NCBI GenBank assembly: GCA_963707685.1
Contig: CAVPRA010000008.1
Coordinates: 74,963 to 138,962, forward strand
Length of the DNA stretch: 64,000 nt
Source of the DNA: an uncultured Actinomycetota bacterium
GTDB taxonomy: Bacteria; Actinomycetota; Actinomycetes; Propionibacteriales; Nocardioidaceae
Direction of reading: 5' to 3'
In this document: piece after piece, positions 14,279 through 24,295 of the stretch
How positions within the stretch are numbered: the stretch's first letter is position 1
Layout: every line of letters starts with the position of its first letter
Notes under the pieces: generated by a model
Told to the model about the DNA's origin: nothing
The model's input: only the letters and a program-made list of their open reading frames with translations
The model's database searches: none
Program-made: the position numbers and the translations under genes

Positions 14279-14682
14279 GGCAGCTCCACGACGACGTTGG
14301 TTGACTTGACGGACGCGATGGCCAGCACGCCCGGCTCGAGGCCCAGGTCCTCCGCGGCCTCGGCGCTCATGAGGGAGACCAGGCGGTAGGGCCCGCACAC
14401 CATCTCCACCTGGGCCATCACGGTGTCCTTCTTGACGGCAGTGACGATGCCGCGCATCCGGTTGCGAGCACTGACCGAGGTGGCGCGGCTGACCTGGCCG
14501 AAGCCCTCGGGACCGTGCTCGGCCAGCGACTTGGCCAGCGCGGCCAGGTCGACGCCCTCGATGCGGGTCTTGCCGTCGACGCCGGGTCCCGCGGGGACCC
14601 GGTCCGCCTCGATCCACCGACGCAGCGTGTCGTTGCTGACCCCCAGGAGGTCGGCTGCCTCGGCAACTCGGTAGCTGTTCAC
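14275..14682 (-). CDS. HTH (MerR/excisionase-like)-TOBE molybdate-responsive regulator
   Basis: AADLLGVSNDTLRRW; SARNRMRG and VKSTNVVVE TOBE motifs; likely leaderless GTG at 14682. Confidence 0.88.
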   Translation of the reverse strand: MNSYRVAEAADLLGVSNDTLRRWIEADRVPAGPGVDGKTRIEGVDLAALAKSLAEHGPEGFGQVSRATSVSARNRMRGIVTAVKKDTVMAQVEMVCGPYRLVSLMSAEAAEDLGLEPGVLAIASVKSTNVVVELP

Positions 14683-14695
14683 GCCGACATCATGC

Positions 14696-14739
14696 CGCAT
14701 CTGCGCCAGTTCGGGCCGAAAGAGCGACGCATCTGCGTC
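14696..14739. promoter_or_regulatory. Two CGCA-TC-TGCG sites, candidate operator of the mod operon
   Basis: CGCATCTGCG at 14696-14705 and 14728-14737; second extends to GACGCA-TC-TGCGTC. Confidence 0.6.
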
Positions 14740-14769
14740 AAGCAGCCTGCTACCGGCGCTGCGGGACGC

Positions 14770-16026
14770 CTAGCCGACCAGCGGCGCCCACGCCCACAGG
14801 ACGACCACGCCCACCACCACGGCGGGCAGCGTGACGAGCGCCGCGAGGGCGTGGAAGGTGCGGGCCGACGCCTCGGTCCCGCGCCGTCGCAGCGAGCGCC
14901 GCCACAGCAGGTTCGCGAGCGACCCGGTGTAGGTCAGGCCGGACCCGACACCCAGCCCGACGAGCGCCGCGAGCACGGCGGTCACGCCCAGCGGCGCGAC
15001 CAGCGGCACCAGCAGCAGGGTGGCCGGCAGGTTGTTCACCACGTTGGCCAGCAGCGTCGCGAGCAGCGCGACCACCAGCAGCGCCCCCAGCCCGGTCCCG
15101 TCGGGCACCGCGGCGGCGACCAGCGCACCCAGGAAGGTGTCGGTCAGGCCGGCCACCACGACGCCCAGGCAGAGCACGAAGACGGCGAACGGGAGGTGCG
15201 CGGCGTGCGCCACCGTCGTGGCGGACACCCGCCGGCGCGTGAGGGAGTACGTCGTGAGCACCAGTGCGGCCGCGAGCGCCACCCACGCCGGCTCGACGCC
15301 GAGCGGGGACAGCGCCGCGAAGCCGACCAGCATCAGCCCCACCACGACGAGCGGCACCACCGGCAGGTCGACGGCCGGCGTCGGGTCGGTCCGCTGCGGC
15401 GGTGCGGCGAGGTCGCGGGCGAAGAACAGCCGGTGGCCGACGTACTCCACGGCGATGACGGCCAGCCAGACCGGCGCCATCAGCGCGGCGAAGCCGAGGA
15501 AGGAGAGCGAGGGCAGCGACGGCAGGGCCAGCAGGTTCGTCAGGTTGGACACCGGGAGCAGCAGGGAGGCGGTGTTGGCGAGCCGGGCGCAGGCGTAGAC
15601 CGCCGGCCGGGGGCTGACCAGGGTGCTGGTGGCGGCGGCCGCGACCACGGGGGTCAGCAGCACCACGGTCGCGTCCAGGCTGAGCACGGCGGTGGTCAGG
15701 GACGCGGCCACGAAGGTGAGCGTGAGCATGCGCCGCGGGTCCCCGCGGCTCGCCCTCGCCACCAGGCCGCCCACGGCGGCGAAGACGCCCTCGGCCGCGC
15801 AGAGCTCGGCGACCACCAGGATGCCGGCCAGGAACGCGACCACCGGCAGCAGCAGCCGCACCTGGTCGAGCGCGCCGGCCGCGTCGACCGCCCCGACGGC
15901 GACCACGACGCCGGCGCAGAGCAGGCCCACCAGCAGCTCCACCCACGGCGGCGGGTGCACGAAGGCGACCACCAGCATCACCAGGAGGGCCCCCACCGCC
16001 AGGACGTCGACGACGGGGGCGGGCAC
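14770..16026 (-). CDS. ArsB/NhaD (IT superfamily) anion permease
   Basis: Highly hydrophobic; LSLDATVVLLTP, LPVSNLTNLL, NNLPA, GSLANLLW. Confidence 0.85.
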   Translation of the reverse strand: MPAPVVDVLAVGALLVMLVVAFVHPPPWVELLVGLLCAGVVVAVGAVDAAGALDQVRLLLPVVAFLAGILVVAELCAAEGVFAAVGGLVARASRGDPRRMLTLTFVAASLTTAVLSLDATVVLLTPVVAAAATSTLVSPRPAVYACARLANTASLLLPVSNLTNLLALPSLPSLSFLGFAALMAPVWLAVIAVEYVGHRLFFARDLAAPPQRTDPTPAVDLPVVPLVVVGLMLVGFAALSPLGVEPAWVALAAALVLTTYSLTRRRVSATTVAHAAHLPFAVFVLCLGVVVAGLTDTFLGALVAAAVPDGTGLGALLVVALLATLLANVVNNLPATLLLVPLVAPLGVTAVLAALVGLGVGSGLTYTGSLANLLWRRSLRRRGTEASARTFHALAALVTLPAVVVGVVVLWAWAPLVG

Positions 16027-16083
16027 CGCGGAAGCCTATGCCCCACGAGGGTTGGGGAAGGCTTCCGCGGTGCGGTCCGCGGC

Positions 16084-18540
16084 TCAGCGGTGGACGCGCA
16101 CCACCCGGTAGGCGGTGGCCACGAGCCCGAGGTCGTTCCTGACCCACACCCGGATCGTCTTGCGGCCGGTGCTCCGGAAGCTGCAGCTCTTCGTGGTGCG
16201 GGTCGACCAGTGGGTGGCCGTCGCGCGGCCGCACTTGAACTTCCACGCGGTGACCTTCGAGACCGCGTCACCGTACGAGCGGGAGGCGTTCGCCCGGACG
16301 ACCTGGCGCCGGCGCGGCGTCGAGTCGGACACCGACAGCCTCGCGTGCGGCAGGGCACCGACGGTGACCGTGCGGGTCGCGGTCGCCGTCTTGCCGAGGC
16401 TGTCGGTGACCAGCAGGCTGGCGGTGAACTTCCCGGTGCTCGGGTAGGTGCAGCTGGCCTTCGCCGTGGTCTGGACGAACGCGGCGCCCGGGCCGCAGTC
16501 GAAGGTGTACTTCGTGATCGGCGCCTTCGGGTCGCCCGCCGCGGACCCGCTGCCGTCGAGCGTCACCTTCCCGCCCTGCCGGACGGTCGACGGCGAGACG
16601 GCGAGGGCGGCGGTCGGGCCGGGGACGACGGCCGCGGTGACGGTCACCGACGCGGTGGCGTTGGCGGTGTGGCCGGCGGCGTCGGCGACGACGACCTTCG
16701 GGTGGTAGGTGCCGGCGGTCGGGTAGCTGCAGGTGAAGGTGGGACCGGGCTGGGCGGCCGCGGCCGTGGCGTCGCACGTGAACGTGTAGCCGGTCACCCC
16801 GTGGTCGTCGGTGGACCCGCTCGCGTCCAGCTTCACCGGTGCGCCGGTGGTGGCGGCGGTCGGCGTCGCGGTCAGGGCGGCGTGAGGTGCGGTGTCCACG
16901 ACCGTCACCGTCGTCAGCTCCAGGGCGCCGAGGTCGGCGTAGGTCACCGGACCCGTGCCGGTGTCCGGACGGTCGGGCTGGTCCACCGGGGCCTTCCCCA
17001 GCAGGTCGGCGTTCGCCCAGCCGGGCGCACCCGAGTCGGCGGCGTCGAGTGCCGGCGAGCCGGCGGTGAGGGCCAGGTCGCGGCCGGCCAGCGAGACGAA
17101 CCCGGGTGCCGCGGCGAGGCCGTGCGTCTCCTGACCGGTCCCGGCCCGGAGCGAGGCGAGGCTCGAGTAGAGCACGCCGTTCCACTCGTAGAGCGGATCG
17201 GCTCCCGCGGACTGGAACACCAGGTCGCGGTCGATGGACGACCCGGCGACCGACGTCTTGTCGACCCGGATGTCGCCCTTGCTGCGCGGCGTGCTCACGG
17301 CGTTGTCGACCGCGATGTTGTCCCGCAGCGTCGCCCCGGTGGAGGTCCCCTCGACGTTCAGGCCGGAGGCGAGGTTGCCCACCCCGGTGTTCGAGACGAC
17401 GGTCGCGTTCGCGGCGTTGGAGATGTCGATGCCGTGGTCGCCGTTGTCGTAGCTCAGGTTGCGCCGCACGACGGCGCCGCTCGACCCGGTGTACACCTCG
17501 ATGCCGGAGTCGTCGTTGCGGTAGGCCCGGTTGCGCTCCACCACGGCGTTCGTCGACGACGCGCTGACGTCGATGCCGGAGGCCACGCGGGTGCCGGGCC
17601 GGATGTTGTGGTCGGCGGTGACGTTGGCGATCCGTACGCTGGAGCCGCCCTGGGCGCTGACTCCGTGGAAGCCGTTCCCGCTCGACGTCGAGGAGGTCAG
17701 CGAGTCGTTCGTGGTGCCGGCCATCCGCACGCCGATGGACAGGTTGTCGGTGGCGGTCACCGCGGAGAGCGCGTCGCCGGTGCCCGCTACGTCGTTGATC
17801 CCGAACGACGCGGACTCGGTCGCCCGCAGGTTGCGCACGACCGCCCCGGTCGACGAGTCGAGCATCACGCCGGCGCCGTTCTGGCGACGCACCGTGAAGC
17901 CGTCGACGACGACGCCGGAGGTGGACCGGGCCAGGAAGCCGTACTGCCGCAGGCTCACCTCGAGCTGGTCCGCGGGTGTAGGAGCCGCACCACCGAGGTC
18001 CACCGTCAGGGTGCGGGTGGCCGGGTCGAAGAACCAGCTGTGCGGCGTCGTCGCGGCGCTGGCGGCCTTGGGCAGCCGGGACGCCCCTGCGAACACCTGG
18101 GCCGGGACGGTCGTGCCGGGCAGCGTCGTGGTCCACCCGGTGCCGCCGCCCGCGGTCCAGGTGGCGCCGTCGAGGCTGTCGGAGCCGAGCAGCACGGCGG
18201 CCGAGCTGGTCGCGTGGTAGGTCACGCCGCTGACGGCGGTCACCTGCTCGCGGTACACCCCGGGGCCGACCTGGACGGTGTCACCGGCGGTGGCCACCTT
18301 CGCGGCCGGCGTGAGGGCGCAGAACGGCTGGCTGCTGCTGCCCGGGCCGGTGTTCGAGCAGGCGCCCCCCGCGTCGACGTAGTAGGTCGTGCCGGCGGCC
18401 GACGCCGGCGACAGCAGGCCGCCCGCCGGCACCGAGAGCGTCACGGCGACCGCCGCGGAGACCGCGCCGGTGAGCAGCCGTCGTCGTCCCGGGCGGTGGC
18501 GGTGGAAGTGGGCAGGCGGAGCTGCGGTCGTCGACGTCAT
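16084..18540 (-). CDS. Secreted right-handed beta-helix protein with C-terminal PKD-like domains
   Basis: RRRLL plus hydrophobic signal; YYVDA...AGDTVQVGPGVYRE; N-x-x-x-G-I beta-helix repeats; LDASGSTD and LDGSGS PKD motifs. Confidence 0.8.
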   Translation of the reverse strand: MTSTTAAPPAHFHRHRPGRRRLLTGAVSAAVAVTLSVPAGGLLSPASAAGTTYYVDAGGACSNTGPGSSSQPFCALTPAAKVATAGDTVQVGPGVYREQVTAVSGVTYHATSSAAVLLGSDSLDGATWTAGGGTGWTTTLPGTTVPAQVFAGASRLPKAASAATTPHSWFFDPATRTLTVDLGGAAPTPADQLEVSLRQYGFLARSTSGVVVDGFTVRRQNGAGVMLDSSTGAVVRNLRATESASFGINDVAGTGDALSAVTATDNLSIGVRMAGTTNDSLTSSTSSGNGFHGVSAQGGSSVRIANVTADHNIRPGTRVASGIDVSASSTNAVVERNRAYRNDDSGIEVYTGSSGAVVRRNLSYDNGDHGIDISNAANATVVSNTGVGNLASGLNVEGTSTGATLRDNIAVDNAVSTPRSKGDIRVDKTSVAGSSIDRDLVFQSAGADPLYEWNGVLYSSLASLRAGTGQETHGLAAAPGFVSLAGRDLALTAGSPALDAADSGAPGWANADLLGKAPVDQPDRPDTGTGPVTYADLGALELTTVTVVDTAPHAALTATPTAATTGAPVKLDASGSTDDHGVTGYTFTCDATAAAAQPGPTFTCSYPTAGTYHPKVVVADAAGHTANATASVTVTAAVVPGPTAALAVSPSTVRQGGKVTLDGSGSAAGDPKAPITKYTFDCGPGAAFVQTTAKASCTYPSTGKFTASLLVTDSLGKTATATRTVTVGALPHARLSVSDSTPRRRQVVRANASRSYGDAVSKVTAWKFKCGRATATHWSTRTTKSCSFRSTGRKTIRVWVRNDLGLVATAYRVVRVHR

Positions 18541-18691
18541 GTCAGGTCCCCAAGTCAGTGCTGCGGTGTCGCGTCACGTTATTCGCGCGGGACGCGGCGA
18601 CGAGCCGTCGACCGGGGTGACGTCGCCTCGTCCGTTCGGACCAGGCCCGGGCGGTGTGGGTGGGGCTAGGGCGCGTTGCGAGGATGGAGCG

Positions 18692-19222
18692 GTGAGCGAG
18701 CAGTCAGCCCGGTACCAGCGGTCGCCCGGCGGCCTGGTCGCCGCCCTCGGGGTGCTGGTGGTGCTGATCATCGGCTGGGTGGTGTTCCGCGCGGTCTTCG
18801 TGCCCAACCCGGCCACCCCGCAGCGGACGGTGGACTACGCCGACGCGGTGGGACCCGCCCGGCAGGCGGCCCGCTTCGACCTGGTGGCGCCTCGCAGCCT
18901 GCCGGCCGGCTGGCGGGCGACGTCGGTGCGCTTCACCACCGGCGGCCGGCAGCACTGGCACCTCGGCGTGCTCACCGACCGCGGGCGCTACGTCGGTCTC
19001 GAGCAGGGCCAGCAGTCCGTGCCCACCCTGGTCGAGGCGTACGTCGACCCCGACGCGTCGCGCGGCGACCCGGTGCTGGTGCGCGGGCAGCGGTGGGCGA
19101 CGTACACCGACAGCGGGGGCGACCTGGCCCTGGTCCGGCACGCCGGCCGGACCACGACGCTGGTCGTCGGCCACGACGTCGGCCGGTCGGAGCTGGTGGG
19201 CTACACGGCGCGGCTGCGCTGA
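18692..19222 (+). CDS. DUF4245 family membrane-anchored protein
   Basis: N-terminal TM; [22 protein letters not shown]; usual position beside xseB. Confidence 0.8.
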   Translation: MSEQSARYQRSPGGLVAALGVLVVLIIGWVVFRAVFVPNPATPQRTVDYADAVGPARQAARFDLVAPRSLPAGWRATSVRFTTGGRQHWHLGVLTDRGRYVGLEQGQQSVPTLVEAYVDPDASRGDPVLVRGQRWATYTDSGGDLALVRHAGRTTTLVVGHDVGRSELVGYTARLR

Positions 19223-19228
19223 GACGGG

Positions 19229-19450
19229 CTACTCGCCGTCGTCGGACCCGTCGGCCTCGTCGCCGGCGATCGCGGCGTCGAGCCGCCGCTTGGCGCCGTC
19301 GAGCCACTCCTGGCAGACCTGGGCGAGCTTCTCGCCCCGCTCCCAGAGCGCGAGGGAGTCCTCGAGGTCCGTGCCGCCGGACTCGAGCCGTCGCACCACC
19401 TCGACCAGCTCCTCGCGGGCCTCCTCGTAGCTGGGGCGTGCCTCGCTCAT
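19229..19450 (-). CDS. xseB: Exodeoxyribonuclease VII small subunit
   Basis: [19 protein letters not shown]...[12 protein letters not shown]. Confidence 0.95.
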   Translation of the reverse strand: MSEARPSYEEAREELVEVVRRLESGGTDLEDSLALWERGEKLAQVCQEWLDGAKRRLDAAIAGDEADGSDDGE

Positions 19451-20676
19451 CGGTCCTCCTCCTTGTCGGTCCGGGTCACGACGGCGCCGATCCGGCCGTC
19501 GACCACCCGGACCTGCAGCGCCTGGTCGGCCCGCACCTGGTCGACGGCGGTGACGACGTGCCCGTCGGCGTCCTGCACCACGGCGTACCCCCGGCGCAGC
19601 GTGGCCAGCGGCGACATCCCCCGCACCCGGGCCAGCTGGTGGCCCAGGTCGTTGCCGGCCCGGTCGAGCTGGTGGTGCAGCGTGCGCCGGGCGCGGTCGC
19701 GGAGCGCCTCGACCTCGCGACGCCGCTCCACCAGGCCGCTCGCGGGGTCGGCGAGCGCCGGCCGGGCCCGGACCACGTCGAGGGCGTGCTGCTCGCGGGC
19801 CAGCCAGGCGGTCAGCACCTGCCGGCCCCGCTGCCGCAGGTGGTCGACCCGCGCGAGCTCCTCGGCGACGTCGGGGACGACGAGCTTCGCGGCGTCGGTC
19901 GGGGTCGACGCGCGCACGTCGGCGACCAGGTCGAGCAGCGGGCTGTCGGGCTCGTGGCCGATCGCGGAGACCACCGGGGTGCGGGCCGCGAAGACCGCCC
20001 GCAGCAGGCCCTCGTCGCTGAACGGCAGCAGGTCCTCCACCGAGCCGCCGCCGCGGGCGACGACGATCACGTCGACCGCCGGGTCGCGGTCGAGCCGGCC
20101 GACCGCCTCGATCACCTCGGCCGCCGAGCCGGTGCCCTGCATGGCGGCGTAGCGGACCGCGAAGCGCACCGCCGGCCAGCGCCGGCGGGCGTTCTCGAGC
20201 ACGTCGCGCTCGGCCGCACTGTTGGGGGCGGTGACCAGCCCGACGGTGCCCGGCAGGAACGGCAGCCGGCGCTTGCGCTCGGCCGCGAACAGCCCCTCGG
20301 CCGCGAGCAGCTGCCGCCGGCGCTCGATGCGGGCGAGCAGCTCGCCGAGCCCCACCATGCGGATGTCGCGGGCGTAGAGCGACAGGGTGCCGCGGTTCGC
20401 GTAGAACGACGGCTTCGCGTGCACCACCACGGACGCCCCCTCGACCATCGGCGGGTTGAGGGAGTCGAAGACCTGGCGCGAGCACGTCACGGAGATCGAG
20501 ATGTCGGCGACGGTGTCGCGCAGCGTCATGAAGACGGTGTTCATGCCCTGCCGCCGGTTGAACTGGGCGACCTGGCCCTCGACCCACACCGGCCCCAGCC
20601 GGTCGACCCAGCCGGAGATCGCGTTGGCGATCCTGCGCACCGGCGCCGGCTGCTCGGGGGAGGTCTCCATGGCCAC
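19447..20676 (-). CDS. xseA: Exodeoxyribonuclease VII large subunit
   Basis: [36 protein letters not shown]. Confidence 0.97.
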   Translation of the reverse strand: MAMETSPEQPAPVRRIANAISGWVDRLGPVWVEGQVAQFNRRQGMNTVFMTLRDTVADISISVTCSRQVFDSLNPPMVEGASVVVHAKPSFYANRGTLSLYARDIRMVGLGELLARIERRRQLLAAEGLFAAERKRRLPFLPGTVGLVTAPNSAAERDVLENARRRWPAVRFAVRYAAMQGTGSAAEVIEAVGRLDRDPAVDVIVVARGGGSVEDLLPFSDEGLLRAVFAARTPVVSAIGHEPDSPLLDLVADVRASTPTDAAKLVVPDVAEELARVDHLRQRGRQVLTAWLAREQHALDVVRARPALADPASGLVERRREVEALRDRARRTLHHQLDRAGNDLGHQLARVRGMSPLATLRRGYAVVQDADGHVVTAVDQVRADQALQVRVVDGRIGAVVTRTDKEEDR

Positions 20677-20712
20677 CCGTGGAGCCTAGGGGAGAGCACC
20701 TACGATGAGGGG

Positions 20713-21738
20713 ATGAGCACTTCGGACCTGGGGATGCCGCCCATCCTCGATCGGACCAGTCTCGATCCCGACGACGCGGACCGCGCCGTCCTGCTGGCCG
20801 CGCCGCGGGGCTACTGCGCGGGCGTCGACCGGGCCGTGATCACGGTCGAGAAGGCGCTCGACCTGTACGGCGCCCCCGTCTACGTCCGCAAGCAGATCGT
20901 GCACAACAAGCACGTCGTGCAGGGCCTCGAGGACCGCGGCGCGGTGTTCGTCGAGGAGATCGCGGAGGTGCCCGAGGGCGCCACCGTGGTGTTCTCCGCC
21001 CACGGCGTCTCGCCGCAGGTCCACGAGGACGCCGAGCAGCGCCACCTGAAGACCATCGACGCCACCTGCCCGCTGGTCACCAAGGTGCACCACGAGGCAC
21101 GACGGTTCGCCGCGGAGGACCACGACATCCTGCTGATCGGCCACGCCGGTCACGAGGAGGTCGAGGGCACCGCCGGCGAGGCGCCGGGCCACATCCAGCT
21201 GGTGCAGACCCCCGAGGACGTCGCCGGCCTCGAGGTCCGTGACCCGTCGAAGGTCTCGTGGCTGTCGCAGACGACGCTGTCGGTCGACGAGACGATGACG
21301 ATCGTGGACGCGATCCGCGAGCGCTTCCCCGAGCTGATGGACCCGCCCTCGGACGACATCTGCTACGCCACCCAGAACCGGCAGATGGCGGTCAAGGAGA
21401 TCTCCGCGAACGCGGACCTGGTGATCGTGGTCGGCTCCGGGAACTCCTCGAACTCCGTGCGGCTCGTCGAGGTCGCCCTCGAGGCCGGCGCCAAGGCGTC
21501 CTACCGGGTCGACGACGCGAGCGAGATCGACGAGTCGTGGCTCGAGGGCGTCCGCACCGTCAGCGTGACCTCCGGCGCGTCGGTGCCCGAGGACCTCGTC
21601 GACGGCGTGCTGGCGTTCCTGGCCGAGCGCGGCTACCCGGACGCGAAGGCGGTGCACACCGCGGAGGAGTCACTGATCTTCGCGCTGCCTCCCGAGCTGC
21701 GCCGCGACCTGCGGGCCGCCGAGAAGGCTCGCTCCTGA
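20713..21738 (+). CDS. ispH: 4-hydroxy-3-methylbut-2-enyl diphosphate reductase
   Basis: [38 protein letters not shown]. Confidence 0.98.
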   Translation: MSTSDLGMPPILDRTSLDPDDADRAVLLAAPRGYCAGVDRAVITVEKALDLYGAPVYVRKQIVHNKHVVQGLEDRGAVFVEEIAEVPEGATVVFSAHGVSPQVHEDAEQRHLKTIDATCPLVTKVHHEARRFAAEDHDILLIGHAGHEEVEGTAGEAPGHIQLVQTPEDVAGLEVRDPSKVSWLSQTTLSVDETMTIVDAIRERFPELMDPPSDDICYATQNRQMAVKEISANADLVIVVGSGNSSNSVRLVEVALEAGAKASYRVDDASEIDESWLEGVRTVSVTSGASVPEDLVDGVLAFLAERGYPDAKAVHTAEESLIFALPPELRRDLRAAEKARS

Positions 21739-21752
21739 GGCTCGTCCCGGGC

Positions 21753-21797
21753 CTGTCGCGGTTCTGTCGCCGGTTCTGTCGCCGGTTCTGTCGCCGG
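21753..21797. repeat. 12-bp tandem repeat (GGTTCTGTCGCC x3 plus partial)
   Basis: Direct reading; lies between convergent genes. Confidence 0.85.
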
Positions 21798-21800
21798 GCC

Positions 21801-22250
21801 TCAGCGCCGGGCGGGACGTGCGGACCCGCGGATCACGCCCGACTGGCGCAGCGCGACCTGCCGCAGCGCGAGCACCACGAGGGTGAGCGCGTAGCCGACG
21901 ACCAGCGCGGTCGAGTGGTGGGCGAGACCCGAGATCAGGGTCTGCAGGAAGCCGTCGGAGCGGTCGGCGAGCGCGCCCCGGGTGAACAGCGCCAGCGCGG
22001 CGAACGCGCCGACCATCAGCAGCGGGGGGCAGACGCCGATCACGAAGAAGTCGCGGGGCCGGACCGCCAGCGCGGCCGCGGTGCACAGCAGCACGAACAC
22101 GACGTCGGTGGCCACCGTGACGGAGTCGAAGGTGAGCGTGTCGAGCCCGGCGGCGATGAAGAGCACCAGCCCGGCCGCGGCCGCGACCACGCGCCCCGGG
22201 TGTCGACCCTCTTCCCAGAGCGTCTTGCGGTGAGGCGCGGCGATGCTCAC
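21801..22250 (-). CDS. DUF6542-like membrane protein
   Basis: Four TM segments, VRPRDFFVIGVCPPL; syntenic between ispH and rmuC. Confidence 0.7.
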   Translation of the reverse strand: MSIAAPHRKTLWEEGRHPGRVVAAAAGLVLFIAAGLDTLTFDSVTVATDVVFVLLCTAAALAVRPRDFFVIGVCPPLLMVGAFAALALFTRGALADRSDGFLQTLISGLAHHSTALVVGYALTLVVLALRQVALRQSGVIRGSARPARR

Positions 22251-22279
22251 CCGTGCACGGTAGGCCGCGGTGCCGGTCG

Positions 22280-23437
22280 TCACGGCGCGACGCGCCGTAC
22301 GGGAGGCGTGCCGGGCGCGGGCCCGTCGTCGAGGTCCGGCAGCTCCGGGCGCGGCTCGGCGACCGCGTCCAGCAGCTCCGCGGCGGTCAGCGGCCGCGGC
22401 GTGTCGACCACGGCCTCCGGCGCGTCGAGGTCGTCGGTGGCCACGCCGAGCTCCCCGAACCGACGGGCGGAGACCAGCACGCGGTTCTCCAGCGACCCGA
22501 CGGCCCGGTTGTAGGCGCTCACCGATCCCGCCAGCGAGCGTCCCAGCCGGTCGAGGTGGCCGCTCATCGTGCCGAGCCGTTCGTAGAGGTCGCGGCCGAG
22601 CTCGTGGATCTCGCGGGCCTTGTCGGCGAGCGTCTGCTGGGTCCAGGCGTAGGCGACGGTGCGCAGCAGCGCGATCAGCGTGGTGGGCGTGGCCAGCACC
22701 ACCCGTCGGTCGGCGGCGTGCTCCAGCAGCGACGGGTCCGCCTCGAGCGCCGCGGACAGGAACGACTCCCCGGGCACGAACAGCACCACGAACTCCGGGG
22801 TCGCCGGCAGCGTGCGCCAGTAGGCCTTGCCGGCCAGCACGTCGACGTGCGCCCGCAGCTGTCGGGCGTGCCGGCGCAGCGCGGTGTCGCGCTCCTCGTC
22901 GGAGTCGGCGCCGGTGGCGTCGAGGAAGGCGTCCAGCGGCACCTTGGCGTCGACGACGACGTGCTTGCCGCCGGCCAGCCGGACCACCAGGTCGGGTCGC
23001 AGCAGCCGGTCGTCGGCCCCCTGCCCGGACACCTGCTCGAAGAAGTCGCAGCGGTCGACCATCCCGGCGAGCTCGACCACCCGCCGCAGGTGCAGCTCCC
23101 CCCACCGGCCGCGCACCTGCGGGCGCCGCAGCGCCGTCGACAGCGCCGCGGTCTCGCGTCGCAGCGTGTCGGTGGAGTGCCGCACGTCCTCGACCTGCTG
23201 CTTGAGCTGGCTCTGCCAGGAGACGCCGTGCTGTGCCATGTCACGCATCTGGTCGTGCAGCCGCTCGAGGCTCTCGCGGACCACCGCGGCGTCGCCGGCG
23301 CGGCGTTCCTCGGACGCGGCGGGCGCCGCCCGGCGCGAGCGCGCCCACAGCAGGCCGGCGAAGCCGCCGAGCAGCAGCCCGACGAGCAGCACCAGCAGCA
23401 ACGAGACGGTCGTCGCGAGGTCGATCCCTGAGGTCAT
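22280..23437 (-). CDS. rmuC: DNA recombination protein RmuC
   Basis: RGRWGELHLRR, RPDLVVRL, VDAKVPL, PEFVVLFVPGE. Confidence 0.95.
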   Translation of the reverse strand: MTSGIDLATTVSLLLVLLVGLLLGGFAGLLWARSRRAAPAASEERRAGDAAVVRESLERLHDQMRDMAQHGVSWQSQLKQQVEDVRHSTDTLRRETAALSTALRRPQVRGRWGELHLRRVVELAGMVDRCDFFEQVSGQGADDRLLRPDLVVRLAGGKHVVVDAKVPLDAFLDATGADSDEERDTALRRHARQLRAHVDVLAGKAYWRTLPATPEFVVLFVPGESFLSAALEADPSLLEHAADRRVVLATPTTLIALLRTVAYAWTQQTLADKAREIHELGRDLYERLGTMSGHLDRLGRSLAGSVSAYNRAVGSLENRVLVSARRFGELGVATDDLDAPEAVVDTPRPLTAAELLDAVAEPRPELPDLDDGPAPGTPPVRRVAP

Positions 23438-23526
23438 GGAGCGAGGATGACCGCTGCCACCGACAGTTTCGGCGACCTGCCCGACCTCCGGGTGTCGCCC
23501 CCGGCCCGGATGGGTACCAGGTCCCC

Positions 23527-24291
23527 ATGACGTCGGCCATGTCTCGGGGGCTGCTGTTCGGGACGGCCGCCGAGAGCTACGAGCGTTTCCGGCTCGGCTA
23601 CCCCGACGAGGTCGTCGACCGCACCCTCGACTACGCCGGGCGTCGCGTCGCGTCGGCCGTCGAGGTGGGCGCCGGCACCGGCAAGGCCTCCCGGGCCTTC
23701 GCCAGCCGGGGCATCCGCGTCCTCGCCCTCGAGCCCGACCCGGAGATGTTCACGGTCCTCGAGCGCGAGACCCGCGGCATGCCGGTCGAGCCGGTGCGCC
23801 GCGACCTCGAGTCGTACGACGGCCCCCGCACCGACCTGCTCTACGCCGCCATGTCGTGGCACTGGGTGGACCCGGACCGGCGCTGCGAGGTCGCCTCCGG
23901 GCTGCTCACCGACGGCGGCACCCTCGCGGTCTTCGGGGGACCGATGCAGCTCGCCGACGCGTCGGTGCAGTCCGACGTCGCAGCAGCGGTGGGGGGCGAC
24001 GTCGACGACCCGGCGTTCCGCCCGCCCGACCCCGACCGGGGCACCGGGCGGAGCTGGCTCGACGAGGAGATCCGCGAGTCGGGCCGGTTCACCGACGTGC
24101 AGCACCACCGGATCCCCCGTGCCGTCGTGCTCCCGCAGCGCGAGTACGTCGGCTACCTCTCGACGCTCTCGGCCTACCTCGAGCTCGGAATGGAGGAGCG
24201 CCAGGAGATGCTGCGGCGCATCGCCGAGGTGCTGCCGTCGCAGGTCACCGTGGACCTCGGGGTCGGCCTCCACCTGGCCCGTCGCGCGTAG
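23527..24291 (+). CDS. Class I SAM-dependent methyltransferase
   Basis: VEVGAGTGK, SWHWVD. Confidence 0.88.
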   Translation: MTSAMSRGLLFGTAAESYERFRLGYPDEVVDRTLDYAGRRVASAVEVGAGTGKASRAFASRGIRVLALEPDPEMFTVLERETRGMPVEPVRRDLESYDGPRTDLLYAAMSWHWVDPDRRCEVASGLLTDGGTLAVFGGPMQLADASVQSDVAAAVGGDVDDPAFRPPDPDRGTGRSWLDEEIRESGRFTDVQHHRIPRAVVLPQREYVGYLSTLSAYLELGMEERQEMLRRIAEVLPSQVTVDLGVGLHLARRA

Positions 24292-24295
24292 CGGC

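Noticed and set aside
14515-18669. 1384-aa plus-strand ORF and other very long Arg/Gly/Ala-rich ORFs (e.g. 394..2469, 32808..35981, 39874..42309, 51319..53442)
   Set aside because: Antisense or off-frame shadows of real genes, expected at this GC content; no motifs.
18676-21738. 1020-aa IspH 'fusion' and 666-aa YchF ORF (25323..27323) with long N-terminal extensions
   Set aside because: The extensions overlap other genes; true starts at 20713 and 26247 are supported by adjacent -10 hexamers.
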